IMG/VR virus record: IMGVR_UViG_3300037466_003456
Coordinates: 1 to 64,000 of that record
Source of the DNA: a virus
Length of the DNA: 64,000 nt
Reading direction: 5' to 3' (one strand)
Within the stretch, counting starts at the first letter, position 1; every line of letters begins with the position of its first letter. Positions 56,444 to 64,000 of the stretch are shown one piece after another. The notes below the pieces were generated by a model that was not told where the DNA came from, made no database searches, and worked only from the letters and a program-made list of their open reading frames with translations. Made by a program: the position numbers and the translations under genes.

Positions 56444-56665
56444 CTACTTGAAAAATCCGTTTGCAAAGTGATCGAGCCAATCGGAAAACCAAAGAAGACC
56501 AAAGAGAAAAGCAAAAGCAGCCATAACAGACAATGTACCCATAATTGCGAAATTTCTGCGTTCCCTGTTCTCTTTGTCTTGTTTTTGCATTTCAACCGGA
56601 GCTGGAGCTTTTTTATTTAACTTCCCGATTTCAGTGTCATCATAATAACCCATTAAAATCTTCAC
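56444..56665 (-). CDS. Small membrane protein
   Basis: 73 aa; TM FAIMGTLSVMAAFAFLFGLLW; RBS GAAGGAG. Confidence 0.6.
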   Translation of the reverse strand: MKILMGYYDDTEIGKLNKKAPAPVEMQKQDKENRERRNFAIMGTLSVMAAFAFLFGLLWFSDWLDHFANGFFK

Positions 56666-56786
56666 TCCTTCGCTATATGTGTCTTTATGCTCGAAATGTT
56701 CACTAATGATTATTTTTTAAATTCCTTGTCCATAATTCTTAATAGCCTAATTTGCAATCACTTTTCTATAGAAAGAGGTAAAAACT

Positions 56787-57047
56787 ATGGCATTAAATCC
56801 TCGTTTTAAAATTTCTATCCAGTTTGAAGAAGGACAAGAAGAATCGGTAGAAATAATGAAACAAGAGTTTAAAACTCGCTTAATTAAAGGAAATTATGAC
56901 TATTTTGCAATCATTGATGAAGCAAAAGATAACATGGTGATTAGTTTCATTCCAAGTCGATATGTTAGTCAAAAAGAGTTTCTAGACAGCTTTAAAAAAA
57001 ATGTATTAGAACCAGCAAGAAAAGCTGCTGGGTTAAAACAAGCATGA
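56787..57047 (+). CDS. Hypothetical protein, lone + strand gene in the - strand block
   Basis: RBS GAAAGAGGT; followed by hairpin AAACAAGCA...TGCTTGTTT plus T-tract. Confidence 0.7.
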   Translation: MALNPRFKISIQFEEGQEESVEIMKQEFKTRLIKGNYDYFAIIDEAKDNMVISFIPSRYVSQKEFLDSFKKNVLEPARKAAGLKQA

Positions 57048-57106
57048 TAATTGCTTGTTTTTTTTGTTACACAATTTACGTCATTGACGGCAAATGGTCG
57101 AATTGT

Positions 57107-57217
57107 TCACTCTTTATCTTCACCATCAATCCAACAATCAGAGCATACATAAACACCGTTTGATGTGACTTTAACAGTGACAGAATGGCTTTCACAACGT
57201 TCACACTCATACAACAT
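57107..57217 (-). CDS. 36-aa zinc-ribbon peptide
   Basis: MLYECERC...CSDC; RBS AGGAGGTG. Confidence 0.55.
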   Translation of the reverse strand: MLYECERCESHSVTVKVTSNGVYVCSDCWIDGEDKE

Positions 57218-57261
57218 ATGAACACCTCCTTATGACGTTATATTTGTCTATAACGATATAG

Positions 57262-57453
57262 CTAATTTTTTGTTAACCGATCCATCCCAGTTTTTGTCAC
57301 CAGCCATTTATCTCCGTCTTTTCGTGCTTCCCAGGGGGTAAATCTCCCCCGGTTGCACCATTTATTGACTGTGTTTGTTGCAAGACCCCACTTGATTTCA
57401 GCTCCTCTTGTTGTATAAACCTCAAACAGTGGGGTAATTACTTTTCCAGCTTT
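57262..57453 (-). CDS. Start-less open frame encoding an HTH domain, in the -1 frame of the upstream gene
   Basis: KVITPLFEVYTTRGAEIKWGLATNTVNKWCNRGRF...ARKDGDKWLVTKTGMDRL; no ATG/GTG/TTG near its 5' end. Confidence 0.6.
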   Translation of the reverse strand, partial: KAGKVITPLFEVYTTRGAEIKWGLATNTVNKWCNRGRFTPWEARKDGDKWLVTKTGMDRLTKN

Positions 57454-58124
57454 TCAGCGATCTCCGTCATATACTCGTTTACATCACGACCTATTGATTC
57501 CAGGTGATTCTTAACGTCATCAAGGTCCATAATTTCACCGGAAGGCAGAGAACCTTGCCATTGTGACCATCTAACGAGAAGATATTTATCATTAACTTTT
57601 TCGCCATCTAGTTCGATGATTTTTTGGATGTATTGATGCAGTCCTGTGCCGCCAGTAACCATATTCCGTCCATCCCACTCATCAAGATTGACTTCATCTT
57701 CTTCAACTTCTAGTTCATATTCAACCATTTCATCATTGGTGATATCCTTAAAATTGTGACCATCCCAATAACTATAAACCATAACAGTCTCCCAATAGCT
57801 ACCGAAGGCGAATTTATTAGTGTTTGGATCATAAATAATTTTATCTTCGTAATTTTCAACATCTCCGTAAAAATCAGTTCCGGTTACATTAGCTTTAATA
57901 CCAATGCTTGCAAAGAATTCTTCAAGTTCTTCGTTATTATCATGATCTTCCTTGTATGCAGCGAGTTTTTCGTTTAACCAGTCAAGATCTATATCCTTAT
58001 CTGTTGTAAAGTCAACTTCCCAAGGTTCTTCCCCGAAGTTATAGCATTCTTTGATATCTTCTGGAGCTAGTAAATATGTGGTTCCCTCTTCATAACTTGC
58101 TATCCAAAGTACTTTTTTCATCAT
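57438..58124 (-). CDS. Highly acidic hypothetical protein
   Basis: 228 aa, D/E-rich; RBS AAGGAGG; SigA-like TTGTTT-17-TATAAT upstream. Confidence 0.7.
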   Translation of the reverse strand: MMKKVLWIASYEEGTTYLLAPEDIKECYNFGEEPWEVDFTTDKDIDLDWLNEKLAAYKEDHDNNEELEEFFASIGIKANVTGTDFYGDVENYEDKIIYDPNTNKFAFGSYWETVMVYSYWDGHNFKDITNDEMVEYELEVEEDEVNLDEWDGRNMVTGGTGLHQYIQKIIELDGEKVNDKYLLVRWSQWQGSLPSGEIMDLDDVKNHLESIGRDVNEYMTEIAEKLEK

Positions 58125-58324
58125 CCATTCCTCCTTAGATTTACTATGCCGTTTCTTTTATTGATAGTTTTATTATAACTCCTTTCTGTCTTGAAAACAA
58201 GACGGTAAGGATATTGTTTTTTGCGAAAATATTCCATTAAGGTCGTTTCATAAATCGAGCCACTATTTTCATAGCTTCTTTTGTTCGTAACCAACGCACT
58301 TCACGACTTCTTTTTCTTTTCATG

Positions 58325-58606
58325 TCAACCAACCATCCTTCCTCTTCTGCTAACAGAACGTTGTATCGTTCCGGGTTTATGATAGTCAGGATCTGCACCT
58401 GGCATATCCCATCCAAACATGGCACCAACCCACATTGCCTTTGCTTCTTCAGATGTCACGCCATGAAGAAAATTCAATTCGTCTGATGATTTCACATTAT
58501 TTTTATCCCAATGATGAAGCCCTCTTTCGCCCAGAATAATCATCATCGTTTTTCCTGTTAATTCAGATTGAGCAAATGCATATAACGGTAAATTGTTTTT
58601 CATCAT
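58325..58606 (-). CDS. Hypothetical protein with N..HGVT..EA.AM..GAMFGW..PGADPD motif
   Basis: The motif is recalled from Firmicute mobile-element proteins; function unknown. Confidence 0.6.
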   Translation of the reverse strand: MMKNNLPLYAFAQSELTGKTMMIILGERGLHHWDKNNVKSSDELNFLHGVTSEEAKAMWVGAMFGWDMPGADPDYHKPGTIQRSVSRRGRMVG

Positions 58607-58651
58607 TATCCATCCCTTCTCAAATAAAAAGACCCACCGGAATAAGGTGGG

Positions 58652-59038
58652 TCAACTGATTTTTATAAAGTTGTGTACATCTTCACCGAATACAGTCTTC
58701 AACTTTTCTAAAGAAATCAATGTCCATGGGTCAATATCAACAGGTTTTGTATCCATAATCTCTTCGATTTTAATAGGCGTTCCATCAGCCTTTGCTACAA
58801 CAGAATTTCCCGTTAAGTTTTGCTGATGGATCAAGGTCGCGATTTCTAACTCAACGAACAATTCTCTGGCTAGTTTTTCCCAATGCCTAATGATTTTTTC
58901 AGCCTGAAGCGTTTCTCTAGATAGAATCGCTTCTTCCAACATCTTGGAACCTTTGTTCAATCGAATCAAAGTAGCTTTTGCTTTTTTTAAACTTTCCTGA
59001 TATTCAACGGTGCCTGCTGGGACTTTCACTGTTATCAC
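58652..59038 (-). CDS. Hypothetical coiled-coil protein
   Basis: 128 aa after the SbcC C-terminal piece. Confidence 0.55.
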   Translation of the reverse strand: MITVKVPAGTVEYQESLKKAKATLIRLNKGSKMLEEAILSRETLQAEKIIRHWEKLARELFVELEIATLIHQQNLTGNSVVAKADGTPIKIEEIMDTKPVDIDPWTLISLEKLKTVFGEDVHNFIKIS

Positions 59039-59043
59039 TCTTT

Positions 59044-59688
59044 CTAGGATGGAATGCTTGAACTAATTCTGCTGACACCATTTACTTTCTCTATATAAAT
59101 AGAGTGGTCAGCTACCTGCATTAATGAGGTGTCATGGGTAATCATAATGTTTTGCTTTTTAAACATGTGTGTAAGTTCATAAATCAATTCGGCAAAGGCT
59201 TGTCTAGAACTTGCTGACACCATTTTACCTGGTTCATCAAGAATGATAGGACCGATTGGGGCGGGATTTAAAATTTTCAGTAATCCGAAACGAAGACCGG
59301 CAGCAATCACATCCACCACGCCACCACCTACGCTATCTTTTGGCTCAGAGCGGACATTTCCTTCTTCGTTCAATACATAGAAGGAAACAGCTGTACTATT
59401 ATGAGATGTATCAATTTCAATTTCAAAAGACATGGAGTCTCCAAAAACGGACTGCAAGCATAATGTAACAATTTGTTCTAAACCAGAAGCAATCTCGGCT
59501 CGTGCTGCTTCTGCTAACTCTTGGAGGAAAATACGAACTTCCTCCAATTTGGAAACTTCTTTTGTTAACTCTTCAAAAATTGATTCATTTCGCTGAATAT
59601 CTCTTTTAAGGTCTTTGTGAGCTTGAATTAATTCTTCATGTTCTTGAATACGTCGACTGGTGATAGACAACAGACTTTCCAGTTCCAT
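59044..59688 (-). CDS. sbcC: SbcC/Rad50-like ATPase, C-terminal half
   Basis: Coiled coil, signature-like DSVGGG, Walker B IILDEP and H-switch ITHD. Confidence 0.8.
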   Translation of the reverse strand: MELESLLSITSRRIQEHEELIQAHKDLKRDIQRNESIFEELTKEVSKLEEVRIFLQELAEAARAEIASGLEQIVTLCLQSVFGDSMSFEIEIDTSHNSTAVSFYVLNEEGNVRSEPKDSVGGGVVDVIAAGLRFGLLKILNPAPIGPIILDEPGKMVSASSRQAFAELIYELTHMFKKQNIMITHDTSLMQVADHSIYIEKVNGVSRISSSIPS

Positions 59689-59957
59689 TAAACATCCTCC
59701 CCTAAGTCACGAAGGATTTCAGCCATTTGATTTTTCTTCTCTGTAATGGTCTTAGCGATTTCTTTCAAGTGCTCCATGCCCTCTTCATAAGAAGATATCT
59801 CGATTCCAGTTTCTTTTTTGATAGATTGATAAATATGCTGAATCTCACCAGTCAAGGCTTCTTTTTTACCTTGAGCCTGCTGTCCCTTCCGTTTGATTCG
59901 TTCCCCTTTGCTTTTCATATCCTCAATTTCTTTAAAAACTTCATCGAAAGTTGCCAT
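59688..59957 (-). CDS. Coiled-coil protein, probable middle segment of the split SbcC
   Basis: 89 aa heptad-rich ORF between the two SbcC halves, with its own RBS. Confidence 0.6.
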   Translation of the reverse strand: MATFDEVFKEIEDMKSKGERIKRKGQQAQGKKEALTGEIQHIYQSIKKETGIEISSYEEGMEHLKEIAKTITEKKNQMAEILRDLGEDV

Positions 59958-59974
59958 TTATGATTTCCTCCCCT

Positions 59975-61255
59975 TTAAATAAAAAGTGCCTCAACGTGTT
60001 CGTGACTGATAGAATCCGTCTTTTGTCCACATGTAGCACAAATGCCGGCATCATGAAACTTTGCCGCAAGCTCTAGGATGAGCTGTTTAAGCTGTGCTTC
60101 TGTTTCCTTAGTGATTTTTTTGTTGACTTCAATATCCTCTTCGTAACGCTTTATTCCTTCTAAATGGTTGAACAATATTCGGAATGTAGTTAATTCCATA
60201 TCGGGAGTAACGGAATCAAGTTCAGTCAGACGACCGATATAACTGGTATCTATACCTTCTAACTCACTTTCCTTTGTTTCTAATTGCTGAAGCAGACGAG
60301 ATAACTCCCGAAAATTCTCCACTTTTTCATCGATTTCTTTACGTTTGCCATCCCACGCTCGAATTTTATCCTCCGGGATTGTGTGGAGTACAGAAAGTTC
60401 AGCTTGGAGCTGTTCTAAACGATTGATAATGGGACTCAAAAAACGGAATTGTCGGACTTGATCATCGGCTTCGGCTGGCCATTCAGTAATCAAACGGTCT
60501 GCTTTTTCGATGTCTTTTTTAAGTTGAATTAATTCTTCCTGAATATCACATAGCCTTTTTAATTGTTTCGTCATATATTCGTTTACTTCTAGGATCGATT
60601 CAATTCCTTCTTTTAGTTCTTTTAATGTTCCGATTTTCACCTGCAGCCGTTCGATTTCCACTTTCTTTTTCTCTAATTCCAGCTTTAGTTTTTTCAATTC
60701 TTTTTCAACACTATTTTTGGCTTTATTACTGGCGGTATGATCCGAATTGACCTCTGATAATGCACGATCGACCCGAGATAATTCCTCTAAGTTTCCTAAT
60801 ACTTCAGCTCTTTGTTTCGGCTTCAATGACATCATAAAAGGACCTTCGGTTTGTTCGGCTATCTGAAAATAAATGCCGTCCCCCACAGGTGTAATGCCAT
60901 GAGCTTTCACAATCTTTTCAGGTATTTTTTTGCCAAATCCAGAAAACGGATCTAATTTTCCATTCTCGTCTATTAGTTCATAAAAATTGCCTTTCTTTCG
61001 GTCTCTTTTACGGATAATGGTTTTTCCGTTGGAGAGAAAAACTTTTACAATCGCTTCATTGGCCCCGTTTCGAATGAAATCTGTTCCGTCAGGACTATTT
61101 AACAAGCACCAACGGATTGCTCGGATAATCGAAGTTTTCCCTTGGTTGGATTCTCCAACAATGGCATTTAGACCATTAACGAAATCAATCGTAGTGAACT
61201 CGTGAGATTGAAAATTCGTTATTTCCAATCTCTTAATCCAAATATCTTCATTCAT
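59975..61255 (-). CDS. sbcC: SbcC/Rad50-like ATPase, N-terminal half with zinc hook
   Basis: NFQSH, Walker A GESNQGKTS, long coiled coil, terminal CATCG hook. Confidence 0.85.
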   Translation of the reverse strand: MNEDIWIKRLEITNFQSHEFTTIDFVNGLNAIVGESNQGKTSIIRAIRWCLLNSPDGTDFIRNGANEAIVKVFLSNGKTIIRKRDRKKGNFYELIDENGKLDPFSGFGKKIPEKIVKAHGITPVGDGIYFQIAEQTEGPFMMSLKPKQRAEVLGNLEELSRVDRALSEVNSDHTASNKAKNSVEKELKKLKLELEKKKVEIERLQVKIGTLKELKEGIESILEVNEYMTKQLKRLCDIQEELIQLKKDIEKADRLITEWPAEADDQVRQFRFLSPIINRLEQLQAELSVLHTIPEDKIRAWDGKRKEIDEKVENFRELSRLLQQLETKESELEGIDTSYIGRLTELDSVTPDMELTTFRILFNHLEGIKRYEEDIEVNKKITKETEAQLKQLILELAAKFHDAGICATCGQKTDSISHEHVEALFI

Positions 61256-62289
61256 GTTACTGGCGCACCTTCTTTATTTAAACGTTTAAGTATTTCCTTA
61301 GCATCTTCATCAGTAGCAGTCGTAGGAACATCAATATATAAAGTTCCGATAAACATTCCATATTGCTTACGCTCCGGATCATACAGACCACCATCGGGTA
61401 TATTGATAAGGTTCCTATTTTTTATTCCTTTGTTGATCGGCATCTTCACTTTTTTTCCGTTAGGTAATGAAATGGTGATTTCGCCTCCTAATAAGGCTGT
61501 TTCAAAGGGAACAAGAATCTCTTGTGCCAAGTCATATTTATTTCGAATTACGTAAGTATCATTAACAGATTGCTGGAAAACGATAAATAGATCACCGTTC
61601 TTCCCGCCATTCAATCCTGCGTCGCCCTTGTCCCGAATCCGCATTTGGAACCCTTCTGTCACTCCATCTGGAATCGGAAAGGTTATTTTTACTGCTTCGG
61701 AAACCTTTCCTTTTGTATGACAGGTTTGGCAATCTTCCCTTTGAAAATAACCGGTACCGTCGCAAGTACCGCATTCTTTTTCTGTTTTAATACTTCCAAA
61801 AGGAGTATGGGTATCAGTGAATGTATGGCCAGCACCTCCACAACGACTACACATGTTTGCGATGTCCCTGTGATAGCCGTGGCCGTCACAATCTTTGCAA
61901 TTGGCTTCACGAACAAATTCAATTGTCTTTTCGGCTTGGGTTAATACTTCAGATGCGGTGAAGTATACTTTCATCTCCACGCTTTCGCCTTGTACGGGAC
62001 TATGAGCACCTGTGCGATGGAAATGAAATTTACTTAACAGTTGATCAAACCCAAGGCCTTTTCCAACCGTTTTTAGTAAATGGTCATAGCGTTCCCGTTC
62101 TTCAACATCTTTTAAGATTTCATAAGCGTTCACGACTTCCTGGTAACGCTCGACAGCATCCGGTTCTTTACATATATCTGGGTGCCACTTCTTTGCCTGT
62201 TTTCGATAAGCGACGTTGATTTCTTTTTCGGTTGCTGTTTCTTCAATTTCAAGGACTTCATAAAAGTTAATCATTTCGTGTTTCGTCAA
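61252..62289 (-). CDS. dnaJ: DnaJ-like co-chaperone (J domain, four CxxCxGxG-type repeats, C-terminal domain)
   Basis: WHPD; CKDCDGHG, CSRCGGAG, CGTCDGTG and CQTCHTKG; GDAGLNGGKNGDLF. Confidence 0.92.
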   Translation of the reverse strand: MTKHEMINFYEVLEIEETATEKEINVAYRKQAKKWHPDICKEPDAVERYQEVVNAYEILKDVEERERYDHLLKTVGKGLGFDQLLSKFHFHRTGAHSPVQGESVEMKVYFTASEVLTQAEKTIEFVREANCKDCDGHGYHRDIANMCSRCGGAGHTFTDTHTPFGSIKTEKECGTCDGTGYFQREDCQTCHTKGKVSEAVKITFPIPDGVTEGFQMRIRDKGDAGLNGGKNGDLFIVFQQSVNDTYVIRNKYDLAQEILVPFETALLGGEITISLPNGKKVKMPINKGIKNRNLINIPDGGLYDPERKQYGMFIGTLYIDVPTTATDEDAKEILKRLNKEGAPVT

Positions 62290-62303
62290 ATCTATCCCTC
62301 ATT

Positions 62304-63326
62304 TCATCCTATTTGTCTTAAATCCTCAAAACCTAGATATCTGACAACTTCGTTAAAGATTTCTGGTTTGGTTGAGTTTCGATATTCTTCTAGGATGGCG
62401 CGAAGGTCGAGAGATTGAATATCGATGGTTCTAATGATTTCTCGGACATTTCCTTTTGCTTCTTTTAACTTTGCTAAAGCTTCTGCTTTTTTATCTATCT
62501 CTGTTCGGTCCATTACCTCTGTTCCTAACTTAGCGACAGGGCATTGAATCGGTTCGATTTCAGGAGTTCCATCGTCATGGATGGTGATTAAGGCATATTT
62601 CGGCATACGGTTCATTTCCACATGACTAGCATGAACCCTGGCTAATGCACCCGGATTATAAACCAAACCATGGTCTGTTTTAGTGACTGGAAATCCTGTG
62701 TGCTCATGCCCTGTCAATGTCACCGTAGCACGGGTATGTTTCATTTCATCAATGACCGTATGGACAATATCATCCATAATCGGTTTAGGCGTTAACCAGC
62801 CATGCACGATATGAATATGGGGAGTTCCGTCGTATTCCTCAATGACGTAATCCCTTGAACGATGTTCTACAATTTCCTGTGTTTCAGGATCTAAGATATG
62901 TCGGTCTAACTGAGCGTAGGAACTCACGCCACTCAACTTCACCTTTTGCCCGTTTGCCTCAAAAATAATAGGCTGTCGATTTAAGATGACAAGATTAGGG
63001 AAAAAGTTTTGAAACACCCCAATGGAATTTTGATTGACCGTATTCGGGTTCATTCCGTGAATATCATGATTCCCCCAAATTCCATACATCATTTTTCCTT
63101 TTAATCCTTCGCGTATGATATTTCCTAAATGATTTACATACGACGCTGCTATATTTTCTCTATTAAAAAAATCTCCACCATGCAAATAAGCATCTACACC
63201 TAATTCATGACCCAACCAAAAGGAATGGTTAATTTTAGCCTCTAGGGTACTGGGGAAATCATCGATTCGGGATTTTGGATTTTTGTTATCTCCATGCCAA
63301 TCTGTTGTATATATAAATCTAAGCAT
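62304..63326 (-). CDS. sbcD: SbcD/Mre11-like metallophosphoesterase nuclease
   Basis: DWH, GDFF, GNHD, HG and GHEH motifs, then YNPGAL. Confidence 0.88.
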   Translation of the reverse strand: MLRFIYTTDWHGDNKNPKSRIDDFPSTLEAKINHSFWLGHELGVDAYLHGGDFFNRENIAASYVNHLGNIIREGLKGKMMYGIWGNHDIHGMNPNTVNQNSIGVFQNFFPNLVILNRQPIIFEANGQKVKLSGVSSYAQLDRHILDPETQEIVEHRSRDYVIEEYDGTPHIHIVHGWLTPKPIMDDIVHTVIDEMKHTRATVTLTGHEHTGFPVTKTDHGLVYNPGALARVHASHVEMNRMPKYALITIHDDGTPEIEPIQCPVAKLGTEVMDRTEIDKKAEALAKLKEAKGNVREIIRTIDIQSLDLRAILEEYRNSTKPEIFNEVVRYLGFEDLRQIG

Positions 63327-63930
63327 CTTCCATGCCTCCGCCTATCGGTAGAACCAAGTTGGAAACTGGCTCTTTCATTATGTTTTTTAACTCATCATCA
63401 AATTCAAATTCCACTACAACATCTTCATCGATTTCATCCAATGTGTCTTCATCCACATCGGGTACCTCTGTTTCTATCAATTCTTTTTCTGTCCTAGAAA
63501 GACGGATGCCTTCTGTAATAGAAACAATTAAACGGTTCACTAATTCTTCTGTTAATACTTTGGTATCATAGGTTACTACAAGTTCTGGATAACCTGGGTG
63601 ATCAATAAATGCTGTATGCATCGGGGCACTTGATTCCTTAATATAGAAATCCATGCACGCCTTAAATAATTGTCTTCCATAAGGGTTAGGAATATGGATT
63701 GGGATGGATACCAAGTTCTTCTTTGGGTCGTAAGGAAATTCGGTTCGATCCCCTACGATGGCGAAACAGACGGTATTTCCAAAGTTATTCAGCAAATCTT
63801 CATTTTTACTGGTTAACCGCCAGTGTTCCGTAAATTCCACTCGAATGGTGAGTAGGTGATTCTCGACTTTTTCCCAGAATTCTAGTTTGTAAATGTGATA
63901 ATCTTGGCATTCCATTTGTACCAATTCCAC
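63319..63930 (-). CDS. Hypothetical protein with acidic C-terminus
   Basis: GTG 63930 follows GGAGG; overlaps the sbcD start. Confidence 0.6.
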   Translation of the reverse strand: MELVQMECQDYHIYKLEFWEKVENHLLTIRVEFTEHWRLTSKNEDLLNNFGNTVCFAIVGDRTEFPYDPKKNLVSIPIHIPNPYGRQLFKACMDFYIKESSAPMHTAFIDHPGYPELVVTYDTKVLTEELVNRLIVSITEGIRLSRTEKELIETEVPDVDEDTLDEIDEDVVVEFEFDDELKNIMKEPVSNLVLPIGGGMEDA

Positions 63931-64000
63931 AGGACATTCCTCCCAAAGACTTAAAAAATAATAGGACAGGAGAACCATTTCGGCTCTCCTGTCATTCTAT

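Noticed and set aside
58237-58428. 63-aa ORF in the track
   Set aside because: It mostly overlaps 58325..58606 in another frame; at most a 28-aa basic peptide from the ATG near 58323 is plausible, and that is unsupported.
59044-61255. Split sbcC as a sequencing frameshift or pseudogene
   Set aside because: Each piece has its own start with an RBS or a TAATG coupling, and the catalytic motifs are intact.
34615-64000. tRNA or other structured ncRNA genes in intergenic gaps
   Set aside because: The gaps are short and explained by terminators, promoters or small ORFs. No cloverleaf with a TTCGA T-loop was recognised by eye; tRNAscan-SE or Infernal would be decisive.

Overview
This 64-kb window is part of a large contractile-tailed phage genome, probably infecting a Bacillus-like host and possibly living as a plasmid prophage. 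Host inference rests on strong AGGAGG-type RBSs, low GC and an Amidase_3+SPOR endolysin. Positions 1-34.6 kb (+ strand) carry neck, sheath, tube, chaperones, tape measure, baseplate, fibres, endolysin and holin, then a 10.4-kb adhesin/beta-helix cassette. Positions 34.7-64 kb (almost all - strand) carry a tyrosine recombinase, a string of small promoter-gene-terminator cassettes, an SF2 helicase, a primase-helicase, a three-part SbcC with SbcD, and a full-length DnaJ. The strongest novelty candidate is a translationally coupled array of 12 divergent paralogs (49975-54640). They share an N-terminal motif and a C-terminal N-x-P-V-G-x-V-W motif whose codons also form the next gene's RBS. The array is flanked by two possible sliding-clamp-fold proteins and headed by a perfect 14-bp hairpin. 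Second is a fibronectin-III domain split precisely between genes, with one N-half and two alternative C-halves. Third is a start-less HTH frame that looks reachable by a -1 frameshift. No CRISPR array, tRNA, rRNA, transposase or reverse transcriptase was recognised. All family assignments come from motifs read by eye; no database search was run.
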